Origin: an uncultured delta proteobacterium
GTDB lineage: Bacteria; Desulfobacterota; Desulfobacteria; Desulfobacterales; JAFDCJ01
Assembly (NCBI GenBank): GCA_963769935.1
Contig: CAVYNY010000028.1
Coordinates: forward strand, 99,808-163,807
DNA: 64,000 nucleotides
Direction: 5' to 3'
The position numbers were made by a program, and so were the translations under genes. The notes beneath the pieces are model-generated. The model worked only from the letters and a program-made list of their open reading frames with translations, searched no databases and was not told the origin of the DNA. Shown here one piece after another: positions 26,803 to 37,000 of the stretch (positions are counted from its first letter, which is position 1; the number at the start of each line of letters is the position of its first letter).

Positions 26803-28767
26803 ATGACCCGTAAAGACGCCCCTCAAAAAAAACGTTCCCTCTGGATGAGTTTCGTTACCATTGCTCAGCCTTATTTTTTCCCCGGTATCCCCGGCGGTGC
26901 CTGGGTGACCCTGCTGTTGATGATCATGTTGCTGGTCTTTCTGTTCGGCCTGCTTTTCATGCTCGTGACCGGGATTACCTTGACGGCAAACCATTTTGCT
27001 CCAGACCTGACCGCCAAAATAGCACCCGGCCTGCTGCCTGTGGTGACCGGGATCTTCCACTCCAAGTCGTGGGTGTTGGTCGCCGCCGCCCTGATTATTC
27101 CGGCCGCCGTCTTCGGCATGCTCGGCGGCCACCTGCGTCGCCGCCGGGGTGCCTGGACGCTGCTGGCCGTCGTCCTGCTGCTGTCGTTGTGCGTGACGGG
27201 CATCAATGTGGCTTTCAGTTACATCGCCAACTACTTTACCAACGCCCTGGTAAAAAAAAATCAGGATATGGCCTATCTCTTTGTGGCCGTTTATTTCGGC
27301 GGCTTTCTCACGGGCATACCCATCGTCGCTATGTACAGTTACGTCCAGGGTTATTTAGGCATGCGCTGGCGCGAGTGGATGACCGGCGAGTTTCTGTCCA
27401 ACTATTTCAAAAACCGCAACTACTACGAGGTCGAAGCCCAAGGGCAGATTGACAACCCCGACCAACGGATCATGGAGGACATTCGATCCTTTACCCGGAC
27501 CTCGCTGGCGTTTGTGCTGATCCTGCTCGGTTCCCTGATGGACCTAATCTCTTTTTCAGGCATTCTCTGGTCCAAATCGGCGCTGCTGGTGGGCGTCGTA
27601 CTGGGCTACTCGCTGCTGGGCACCGGCCTCACAGCGCTCATCGGGCGGCGCCTGGTACGCCTGAACTTCAATCAATTGCGATATGAGGCCGATTTCCGCT
27701 ACTCCCTGATCCATGTGCGCGACAACACGGAGTCCATAGCCTTCTATCAGGGCGAAAAACCGGAAAACGACCACATCAACGGTCGATTTCGAAGCGTCCT
27801 GAAGAACTTCAGCCTGCTCATCGGTTGGCAGCGCAACCTCTCCTTTTTCACCACGGCTTACAGCTATCTCCCGGTGGTCTTGCCCTTCCTGGTCCTGTTC
27901 CCCCAGTATTTCGCGGGCAAAATCGAATACGGCGACATGATCCAGGCCAATTTCGCCTTCACCCAGGTCTATGCGGCGCTGTCGCTCATCGTCGCCCAAA
28001 TTGAACCCATCACCAATTTTGCCGCGGGGGTGAAGCGACTTTCAGATTTTGCCGATGCCATCGCACCGCAGCGGGTGCTGCCGGTGGGTATCAAATCCGA
28101 GCAAGCGGATTATTTTTCCCTGAGTCATGTGACCCTGATGACGCCCAACCGTGCGCGCACCTTGATTCAAGACCTGACCGTGGATACGGAAAACAGGGTC
28201 AATCTGCTGGTCGTCGGCCAGAGCGGCGTAGGCAAGAGCTCGCTGCTCAGAGCCATTGCAGGGTTGTGGACCCAGGGCCAGGGGATCGTCAAACGACCGC
28301 CGCTGGCAGAAATCTTCTTTCTCCCCCAACGTCCTTACATGCTCCTGGGGTCCCTGCGGGAACAACTGATCTATCCTCGACTTGAAAACAAAATCTCGGA
28401 AGCAGATTTACGGCAAATTCTCAAAACGGTATTTCTGGAAGACCTGCCTGAGCGGGTCGGTGGATTCGAGGTCGAACTGGATTGGGCTGATGTTCTTTCT
28501 CTGGGGGAGCAACAGCGGTTGGCCTTCGCCCGCCTGCTCATCAACCGACCCGGCTACGGCGTTTTGGACGAGGCCACCAGCGCCCTGGATATCGCGAATG
28601 AGGCCAATCTTTACGGCCGGTTGCAGCAACTAGGGATCAATTATATCAGTGTCGGCCATCGCCGCAGCATTATGGATTACCATGACCGCGTGCTTGATTT
28701 GCAGAGTAACAACAAGTGGCGGTTGCTGACCGTTCAGGAATATCGGGATTCGACCGGCGACGAGTAA
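26803..28767 (+). CDS. ABC transporter fused permease/ATPase (ABCD/YddA/BacA-like)
   Basis: DNPDQRI, EADFRYSL, ESIAFY, GQSGVGKS, LSLGEQQR, DEATSALD, SVGHR. Confidence 0.93.
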   Translation: MTRKDAPQKKRSLWMSFVTIAQPYFFPGIPGGAWVTLLLMIMLLVFLFGLLFMLVTGITLTANHFAPDLTAKIAPGLLPVVTGIFHSKSWVLVAAALIIPAAVFGMLGGHLRRRRGAWTLLAVVLLLSLCVTGINVAFSYIANYFTNALVKKNQDMAYLFVAVYFGGFLTGIPIVAMYSYVQGYLGMRWREWMTGEFLSNYFKNRNYYEVEAQGQIDNPDQRIMEDIRSFTRTSLAFVLILLGSLMDLISFSGILWSKSALLVGVVLGYSLLGTGLTALIGRRLVRLNFNQLRYEADFRYSLIHVRDNTESIAFYQGEKPENDHINGRFRSVLKNFSLLIGWQRNLSFFTTAYSYLPVVLPFLVLFPQYFAGKIEYGDMIQANFAFTQVYAALSLIVAQIEPITNFAAGVKRLSDFADAIAPQRVLPVGIKSEQADYFSLSHVTLMTPNRARTLIQDLTVDTENRVNLLVVGQSGVGKSSLLRAIAGLWTQGQGIVKRPPLAEIFFLPQRPYMLLGSLREQLIYPRLENKISEADLRQILKTVFLEDLPERVGGFEVELDWADVLSLGEQQRLAFARLLINRPGYGVLDEATSALDIANEANLYGRLQQLGINYISVGHRRSIMDYHDRVLDLQSNNKWRLLTVQEYRDSTGDE

Positions 28768-28770
28768 AGA

Positions 28771-28990
28771 ATGAGTATAAGACCGCCCACTATATCGCAC
28801 TCCTGGAATCTCGCGCCACAGGATGCGGTTGTATTGCAGCAGCATCAAACCGGTATATGTCTCAATCGGTCATCGCCTGGACCTGAGCGACAGCATTCAG
28901 ATTATTTTGCAATGCTGCCGCCGATACCGGCTCCCCGAACCCATTCGCCGGGCGGACCAATTGGCGAGAAAAAAAGCTTATAGCTCGTAG
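28771..28990 (+). pseudogene. nfi: Endonuclease V pseudogene with a large internal deletion
   Basis: N-terminal HSWNLAPQDAVVLQQ is joined out of frame (about 28843) to C-terminal KPVYVSIGHRLDL...CCRRYRLPEPIRRAD. Confidence 0.82.
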
Positions 28991-29240
28991 CTCACAGCTC
29001 ATAGTCCATAGCAAAAACCCACTCCGTGCACCCCGCAATGCGCAACCAGAAGACAGAGTTCAGATGACAGAAGCTGAGAAGCTGGGTGGCTGGGAGGCGT
29101 TTAAACAAAAATCAAGGTCTTTTCTGTCCTTAGCTTTCGGGCCTTCCGGCTTCCAAGCTCTCTGCGCCATGCGCTTTTAACCTTTCTCCTTTTGCCTTTT
29201 GCCTTTAACCTTCCTTTAATCGACCCAATCAACCAATCTA
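28975..29240. repeat. Mosaic short-unit intergenic repeat
   Basis: TAGCTCA-like 7-mers, GAAGCTG units and CCTTTT(G/A)-type 7-mers; ACAGAGTTCAGATGACAGA shared in inverted form with about 43390-43410. Confidence 0.7.
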
Positions 29241-29248
29241 CGCGGGTT

Positions 29249-30538
29249 TTATTTTTTCATCAATTCTTCGATCTCTTCAGCCTCCCTCGGAATATTTTCC
29301 GTCAGATCAACGGGCCGGCCTTCGGTGATCAGGACGTCGTTTTCAATCCTGACGCCGATGGCCTCATCTCTGACATAAATACCCGGTTCGCAGGTTAATA
29401 CCATTCCCGGTTCAAATTTTCGATACTTGTCACCGTAGTCATGCACATCCAGTCCCAGGTGATGCGAGGTGCCGTGCGGAAAATACTTCTTGTAAAGCGG
29501 TTGGTCTGGGGATTGCTTCTTTACTTCATCCGAATTCAGCAACCCCAGGCGAATAAGTTCGGCTTCCATTATCTGGCCGACTTCTTTGGAAAATTCATCG
29601 AAGGTCTTGCCCGGTGCGAGCAGTTCGATGGCGGCTTTCTGCACTTTTAGAACGGCATTGTAGACCTGTTTCTGGCGTTTGGAGAACCTGCCTCCCACCG
29701 GAATTGTGCGGGTCACGTCGGCCGCATAATTGGCGTATTCGGCCCCAAAGTCGATCAGCACCAGTTCGCCGTCGCGGCATTGTTTGTCATTTTTGACATA
29801 ATGCAGCGTACAGGAATCGACGCCTGAGGCCACAATCGTCTCAAAGGCCGGTCCTCTGGAGCGGTTTCTTAAAAACTCGTGATAGATCTCGGCTTCAATC
29901 TCAAATTCCCAGACCCCGGGTTTAATAAAGGCCAGCAGGCGGCGGAATGTCTTGTCGGTAATACTGCAGGCGTTGGTGATGAGATCCACCTCGAGCTGCG
30001 ATTTAACGGCCCGCAGTTTGTGCATTAGCGGTGCTATCCGTTCATATTTATGCAGGGGGAACCATCGACGGCACCACCGTCGAAAGCGATCGTCGCGGGT
30101 CTCGACACGTCGATCCGCCCGCAGATGCTCATTGGTGTTCAGATAAATGTTCTCGGATTGATATACCAGTGATTTGAAGATATTGTTGAATTCATGATTC
30201 CAGTAGACCGTTTTTATGCCGGAAACCGCAGTGGCTTCTTCCTTGGTATATTTCTGACCTTCCCACAAGGCAATCTGCTCATTGGTCTCCTTGAGAAACA
30301 GAATCGCACGGTGTTTTTCTTCCTTAATATCCGGCCCGATGACCAAAGTGCTTTCCTCCTGGTCGATGCCGCTCAGGTAAAACAAGTCTGTTTGCTGAAT
30401 AAATGGATGGGTGCCGTCGGCACTGGCGGGCAGAATGTCGCTGGAATTGAAAACAGCCACCGAATCGGGTTTCAGCTGCTCAACAAGTCGCTGCCGGTTG
30501 CGAATAAACAAGGCATTGTCAATCGGTAAGTATCTCAT
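29249..30538 (-). CDS. pepP: Xaa-Pro aminopeptidase (M24B)
   Basis: DLFYLSGIDQ, LHY, DFGAEYANYAADVTRT, HGTSHHLGLDVHD, EPGIY, GVRIEND. Confidence 0.92.
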   Translation of the reverse strand: MRYLPIDNALFIRNRQRLVEQLKPDSVAVFNSSDILPASADGTHPFIQQTDLFYLSGIDQEESTLVIGPDIKEEKHRAILFLKETNEQIALWEGQKYTKEEATAVSGIKTVYWNHEFNNIFKSLVYQSENIYLNTNEHLRADRRVETRDDRFRRWCRRWFPLHKYERIAPLMHKLRAVKSQLEVDLITNACSITDKTFRRLLAFIKPGVWEFEIEAEIYHEFLRNRSRGPAFETIVASGVDSCTLHYVKNDKQCRDGELVLIDFGAEYANYAADVTRTIPVGGRFSKRQKQVYNAVLKVQKAAIELLAPGKTFDEFSKEVGQIMEAELIRLGLLNSDEVKKQSPDQPLYKKYFPHGTSHHLGLDVHDYGDKYRKFEPGMVLTCEPGIYVRDEAIGVRIENDVLITEGRPVDLTENIPREAEEIEELMKK

Positions 30539-30627
30539 GATTTTTATCCTGAATCGAAATGAATGTCCTCAATATAGCCTTTAGCGATATTTCGTCAAGC
30601 ACGCATTTTGGGTCGGCGGCAGAGTCA

Positions 30628-30752
30628 AGGTTTCATGTTTCAGCCAAGCCGCCGGCCAAAACAGCGGCCGGCCTGGGCAAAAAGGAAACTATTGAACATC
30701 GAACATTGAATCACGCCTGGGCGTGAAACATCCAACATCGAATATTGAATTC
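30628..30752 (+). repeat. GGTTTCA..CCGCCGGCCAAAAC..CGGCCGG..GAAACT repeat plus ATTGAAC/ATCGAAC 7-mers
   Basis: First part is homologous to about 49398-49470. Confidence 0.65.
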
Positions 30753-30790
30753 TGTCAATTTAAAAAAATAGATTGAAAGTCAAACTTGGA

Positions 30791-30897
30791 ATGGATGAGG
30801 AAAGACAGGACAAGACCTATTGTCTTAAAAAACGATTAATCAATTCTGCTGTTCGCATTATTCGGATGGCTGAATCCTTGCCCAAAACAAAGGCAGC
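30791..30897 (+). pseudogene. 5' remnant of a four-helix-bundle protein (TIGR02436 / 23S-IVS-protein-like)
   Basis: TYCLKKRLINSAVRIIRMAESLPKTKA matches the family start (L.eR...fav.ii.l...LP); similarity stops abruptly. Confidence 0.65.
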
Positions 30898-30948
30898 TAT
30901 AAAAGGGGCAATTATTCAGGCTGCAGGTAATGCCTGGTGGGAGTGGTT

Positions 30949-32572
30949 TCAGAACAGCACCAAAGGATAAACCTTTATGACGGCATTATACTTTTGCGGC
31001 TGTTTTGAATTTCCGGCATCCACCCCTTCTTTCCCCTCGATCACGGTTAAAATGGTTTTTAAGGGGTAATTGTAATGCAGTTGTTTGTCTTTCACAAACA
31101 CACTGAAATATTCCCGGTTGGCCTCTTCGAGGAGCGCCTCCCTGATCTCGGCCGAATTGTCGTAGTTGATGCCGATTGTCCGGCCCTCATATTTTTTTAG
31201 CAGATCCTGCATTTTGGAATTTACTTCCAGGTTCCGGGCCATGGCGGTCGGCGTGCCTTCCTGCCGGGAGCCGGCGGCAGCGGCTTTTTCATTTTGGGGG
31301 GTCTCACTGCCGGCCGTCGCTTCTCTCTGTTTTTTTAACCTCGGTTTGGCCGCGGCTGCTTTTTCCCGCTTCAATGCCGCGGCTTTGGCCAACAGCAATT
31401 TCTGTTTCTTTTTGGCCTGCGCCTGCGCCAGGGCAGCCTTTTGCTTCTTTAGGGCCTGGATTCTGGCGATCTCCGCTTTTTTGGCCTTTGAATTTTCAGC
31501 TTCGACCAATTTTTCTTTTTGTCTTTTAATCGCGGCGGCCATTTCCTGGGCCGCATTTTCTATCTTCAGGAGATCAGGCCGCACTTTGGGTTCTGCCGCT
31601 GTGACACCGGAGCCGGCCTTGGCGGCACTCCGCTGGTTTAGGTGTATCCATTTTCGCTGTTTCTTCGCCTTTGTCAAAGGCCGTCTTGGCCGCGGGCTGG
31701 ACTTCATCGGCAGGTTCCAGCAAAATAGTTTCTTCCAAATCTTCCGATATCAATCCGCCTTTCTTTTCAGCGGCGGTTTCTTGGGTTCCCGCCGGCTGCC
31801 AATCACCGGGTTGGTCGTCTTGCGACGCACCAACAGCTTTATGCGGGTCAGACCGTCCATCGGAGGCTTTGGACGGCTGGGCCTGGTCCTCGGAAGCCAG
31901 AGTTTCAACCATTTCTATGATCTCGACCCCCAGGGTCTCCGATTCAACAGGTTCCTCGACGGCCAGGTCCAATACCTCCGGTGCCGGTGACACCGGCATT
32001 TCCTCCGGTTCGGAATCTGCGGGAGTCTGCGCTTCAGCGGTTAAATGGGCACTGCCGGCAGAGCGGTCTTCGGCTGCCGGTGACACCGCTACGGTCGAGG
32101 CGATTTCGGAATTGCTCCTGGAATCCGCAGAGCGCCGGACGGTTTCCGGATCAGATGTTGCCGCCGGTTCTATTTCCGGCAGCGCCACCTCGAGTTCGGT
32201 TTCGGCTTCCTCCGCAGACGCTTCGGCAGAAGACGCCGCTTCGGTTGCCGGCTCGGCTGATCCTGCTGCAATCGGTTCGGCCGGCATCTGCTGGGAAAGA
32301 ACGGATTCAGACGGTTTTCCGGCCGCTGTGCGTGGATTATCCACTTCCTCGGGCATTTCAACAGCCGGAGATATTTCCGCAGCCGGAGGTATTTCCGTGG
32401 ATTGCACCGGCGGCTCCGGTACTGTCGACTGGGTTTCTTCTGCGGGTATTGGGTCAGCAGGTAGCTCTTTGTCGCCTCCCCTTGCGATTATTGCACCGCA
32501 ATAGGTACAGGCCCCGGCAGTGCCGCTTACGGCATGACCACATGTAGGGCAGCTCATGAGGTTTGGATCCAT
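30949..32572 (-). CDS. Zinc-ribbon + acidic linker + coiled-coil hypothetical protein, split by one frameshift near 31620-31650
   Basis: Overlapping ORFs 31574-32572 (CPTC..CTYC, E/A/P-rich) and 30949-31707 (K/A-rich, terminal YEGRTIGINYD domain); AGGAG RBS before 32572. Confidence 0.7.
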
Positions 32573-32802
32573 CTCATTCTACTCCTTCTTAATCTTAATT
32601 CCTCTGCTATTATTAGTTTAGTAAAAAGATGCGACGATGTCAATTCACAATTAAAATAAAAAATTAAATCAAATAGTTATCCCTATACTTGAGCTTGCAA
32701 TTGACATTTTTTTCGCTCTTCGGTAGGCTTTCGCGGCAGGACACCCTAAAAATCGAAATAAAGAATCCTGAATATGCTGATTTTCAGGGCGGAGTAATCA
32801 GA

Positions 32803-33555
32803 ATGAGAATTAGCTACAACGGCATCGTTTCATCCGATTGGAATGAGTGCCTGGCACCCTGCGGCCCGTTTGACTGCATCGCTTTCAGCCATCCGGAACT
32901 TGAGCCTCAATTGGCAGGTATTTTCCGGGATTACACCGGCTGCCGGACCTCCCTGGCAGAAGCGGTCGGAAAAATTGAAAAGCTGCTGCCCGATCCCGTG
33001 ACACCGGAGCAAATGGATGCCTACCTGGATAATTCATTTGTCACCTATACCGGTGTTGCCGATTTGATCGAATGGTGTTTGAGTAAAAACATCCTGTTTA
33101 TGATCAATACCACCGGCATGATCGGATACTTCCAGCGGGTATTTGCCAGGGGCCTTCTGCCCCGGGTGCCGGTTTTATCGGCCCATCCGATGATACGCTT
33201 TCCCAAATACAGCAGCGATCCCGGATATATCCATCAACTATTTGAAACCCAAGACAAGGGCAAATATACAGGAGCGACGATCCGTTCGCTGAAAATCCCG
33301 GCCCGAAAAGTAATATTGCTGGGCGACAGCGGCGGGGACGGCCCGCACTTCGGATGGGGGTCGCAAGCCGGTGCTTTTTTGGTCGGCAGCATGACCAAAC
33401 CGTCTTTAGACCGTTACTGCCGCGAAAAGGATATATTGATCAACTTGCGTTTCGGCCTGGATTATTCACAAGGAAAAGACAAAAACGAGCCACAAGAGAT
33501 GCAGGTAAATTTTATGGATTTAGCACCTGCGATTGAGGAAATTATGGCCGGTTGA
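32803..33555 (+). CDS. HAD-like hydrolase-fold hypothetical protein
   Basis: SSDWNECL (motif I-like), INTTG, K, LGDSGGD. Confidence 0.7.
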   Translation: MRISYNGIVSSDWNECLAPCGPFDCIAFSHPELEPQLAGIFRDYTGCRTSLAEAVGKIEKLLPDPVTPEQMDAYLDNSFVTYTGVADLIEWCLSKNILFMINTTGMIGYFQRVFARGLLPRVPVLSAHPMIRFPKYSSDPGYIHQLFETQDKGKYTGATIRSLKIPARKVILLGDSGGDGPHFGWGSQAGAFLVGSMTKPSLDRYCREKDILINLRFGLDYSQGKDKNEPQEMQVNFMDLAPAIEEIMAG

Positions 33556-33972
33556 TCATCAAATAAGCTTTCTAATCTGCGAGGCCTATCGAAAAAAGAT
33601 TTTATCCTTCGTAGATATGTTTTTTTTGAACCATATTTATTTTGGACCAGCCGGCCCGCAGCCATTTAAACATAGCACAACGTACCCTTGGAGCACCCGG
33701 ATCGACCTCATAGTAAATATTGATCCCGCCGGAGTCATACATATAGGACCGCAATATCGGCATTGAACGAATACCCCGCCAGCTTCACGAGGGTCGTGAA
33801 AATATCAAATTCATAGTAGGCTGAAGTAAGGCCGCTGATCCTATTCGCAAAATAAAGCGCATCTTCTTTTTTAGGTGTTTCGATGCCGCCGTCATTTTAC
33901 CCGTCAAAAAATCAATTTGCACACCGGGCCAAGGGTTCTTAAATTAAATGAAATAAATGCGCAGCATAGAGT

Positions 33973-34065
33973 AATTAAGCCGTCGACGCTTAAATCCAAC
34001 AAATTTCTTCAATTTCAATAACAATATTCGACTCTGGATTTGCCGTTTTTCAGGGCGGATTGATT
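33973..34065 (+). repeat. 93-bp terminal-inverted-repeat element, copy C
   Basis: AATTAAGCCGTC...TTTCTTCAATTT...TTTTCAGGGCGGATTGATT. Confidence 0.7.
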
Positions 34066-34081
34066 GCAATAACAGGAAATT

Positions 34082-37000
34082 ATGAATAGACCGTCCATTC
34101 GAATAAAAGGTGCCCGTCAGAACAACCTTAAGAACCTGGATCTTGAAATTCCGCTGAATCAGATCACCGTGGTTACAGGCGTCAGCGGTTCGGGCAAGTC
34201 TTCGCTGGCCTTTGACACCCTGTATGCCGAAGGCCAGCGGCGGTATGTGGAAACCTTTTCGCCCTATGCCAGGCAATTCATGGACCGCATGGACCGCCCC
34301 CAGGTCGATAAAATCGAGGGCATACCGCCGGCCATCGCCATCGACCGCAAAGATCCCGTCCGCACCTCGCGCTCCACGGTGGGCACCATGACCGAAGTTA
34401 CCGATTACGTGAAGCTGTTGTACGCCCGTCTGGGTCAGCTCCACTGCCGGTCCTGCGGCCAACCGGTGGAACCGGAAACGCCCGGCCGGGTCTGGCAGAT
34501 GCTGCAGACGCTCCCGGCCGGAACCCGCCTTTTTATTACCTTTCCCTACCTGATCAACGGCGCTTCGGCTGAAGATGTGCGCCGGTCTTTAATGCAATCA
34601 GGATTTGATCGCCTGTTTGAAGCCTATCGCATTGACCCGCTGGAAACATGGCAGCCCAACGCCGGTCAGGAAGAAATACCGGTGCTGGCCGACCGGCTCA
34701 TCCTGCGGCCGGAAGACAAGGCGCGGGTGCTGGACTCCCTGGAGCTGGCCTTTCGCTTCGGCGGCGGCCGGCTGGACGTCTGGATTCCGCCGGATGGGCA
34801 TTATGCCTTCAGCAACCGTCTGGCGTGTGCCCGCTGCAATATAGAATATGCCGCCCCCCTGCCGAACCTCTTTTCGTTTAACAGCCCGGTGGGTGCCTGC
34901 GACACCTGTCGCGGCTTCGGCCGCACGATCGGCATCGATATGGACCTGGTGATACCGGACCATTCACTCTCCCTTGAGCAAGGCGCGATTAAACCTTTCG
35001 GCGCGAAGGAAAACGGCCGCATGGAGTTTGGGGATCTGATGGATTTTTGCCGGAAACAAAAAATTCCGACAACCATCCCGTTCGGCAAACTGAAAGCGGC
35101 CGACAAAAAAGCCATCGTTGAAGGAACGCCCGACTACTACGGCATCAAAGGGCTTTTCCGCTGGCTGGAGTCCCGAACTTACAAGATGACGGTGCGGGTA
35201 TTTTTGTCCCGCTACCGCAGTTATGATGTCTGCCGGGAATGCGGCGGCACACGCTTCAAGCCGGAAACACTGCTGTACCGCATCAACGGGCAGCACATCG
35301 CCCAAATCTATGCCATGAATGTGTCCGGGGCCCACGAATTTTTCAAGTCACTGCCGGCGTCCCCCGAAGATGAGGCCAGTCTGCTTATATTGGAAGAAGT
35401 CACCAATCGTCTGAGCTATCTCAGCGACGTCGGTCTGGCATACCTGACCCTCGATCGCCAATCCCGCACCCTTTCCGGCGGGGAGGTCCAGCGGGTGGCC
35501 TTGGCATCGGCGCTGGGATCTTCTTTGGTCAACACCCTCTACGTGCTGGACGAACCCAGCATCGGCCTGCATCCGCGTGACAACCATCGTCTCATTCGCA
35601 TATTAAAGGGGCTGCGCAATTTATCCAATACCGTCGTGGTGGTCGAACACGATCCCGAGATCATTCGTGAAAGCGACTACCTGCTGGATCTGGGTCCCAA
35701 AGCCGGCGAACAGGGCGGCCGCGTGATGTATTTCGGACCCACGGCCAACGTCAACGGATCCCTGACGGGACAATACCTGAAAGGCAAGCGCCGGATTCCG
35801 GCGGCCGGCCGGCAGCGCGAACCCGGCCACGGCCGGTGGTTGACCATCAAGGGCGCGGCTGAAAACAACCTGAAAAACATCGATGTCGACATTCCCCTGG
35901 GATTGTTTGTCTGCCTGACCGGTGTTTCGGGCTCCGGCAAATCGACCCTGGCGGAAGAAATTCTGTATAAAGCCGCCAAAAGAGCCCTGGGGAATCAGGA
36001 AGAACGTCCCGGGAAACACACTGCCATCAAAGGGGTGGATGCCATCGCCGACGTCGTGCTGGTGGACCAGCGTGCCATCGGACGCACCCCCCGGGCCAAT
36101 GCGCTGACTTACACCAAAGCCCTGGATCCGATCCGTCACCTGCTGGCCGAAACCGACGAAGCCCGGGCGGCCGGATTGGGCTCCGGGCATTTTTCTTTCA
36201 ACGTGGCCGGCGGTCGCTGCGAAACCTGCAAAGGCGACGGATTCGAAAAAGTGGAAATGCAGTTTTTGTCCGATGTGTTCATTACCTGTCCGGACTGCAA
36301 CGGCAAACGCTTCCAGGACGAGGTGCTGGATATCCATTACCGCGGGCAAAATATTTACGACATCCTGTCCATGACGGTGGATCAGGCCCTGGCGTTTTTT
36401 AAAGATAACAAAAAGGTGGTCTCGGCGCTGCAGCCTCTGGCCGAGGTGGGCCTGGGATATATTCGCCTGGGCCAGCCGATCAACACCATGTCCGGCGGGG
36501 AAGCCCAGCGTCTCAAGCTGTCGCGCTATGTTCGGATCGGCGCCCGGAATTCCGCACCGCAATTGTTCATATTTGACGAGCCCACCACCGGCCTGCATTT
36601 TGATGACATCGGCAAGCTCCTGACCGCCTTGCAAAAGCTGGTGGATGCCGGCAACACGGTCCTGGTGATCGAGCACAACATGGATGTCGTCAAAACCGCC
36701 GACTGGGTCATCGATCTGGGACCGGACGGCGGCGATGCCGGCGGCCGGGTGGTGGCCACCGGTCCCCCCGGGGAGGTTGCCAAAAACATAAAATCTCATA
36801 CCGGCCGTTTTCTGAAGGCATATTTAAAAGAAGGGGGGCGGTTGAAGCCTCCAAAGACAATTGCCCATGGGGTAGCCGATTCGACCGCTTCATTTTTAAA
36901 TGGTCATTCGGCGGACGTCATCACCTTAAAGGGTGCCCGGGAGCATAATTTAAAAGATGTAAGCCTGGCAATACCCCACAATGAATTGGTGGTGCTGACC

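Noticed and set aside
31166..32547. Long plus-strand ORFs (274, 277 and 188 aa)
   Set aside because: Antisense shadows of the low-complexity minus-strand gene.
33560..33900. Possible decayed minus-strand gene (DALYFANRISG..., MYDSGGINIYYEVDPG...)
   Set aside because: Fragments look protein-like, but I cannot assign a family or boundaries without BLASTX.
35621..36799. 392-aa minus-strand ORF inside uvrA (likewise 47010-47915 and 61904-62626)
   Set aside because: Antisense open frames typical of GC-rich coding DNA, with no recognisable motifs.
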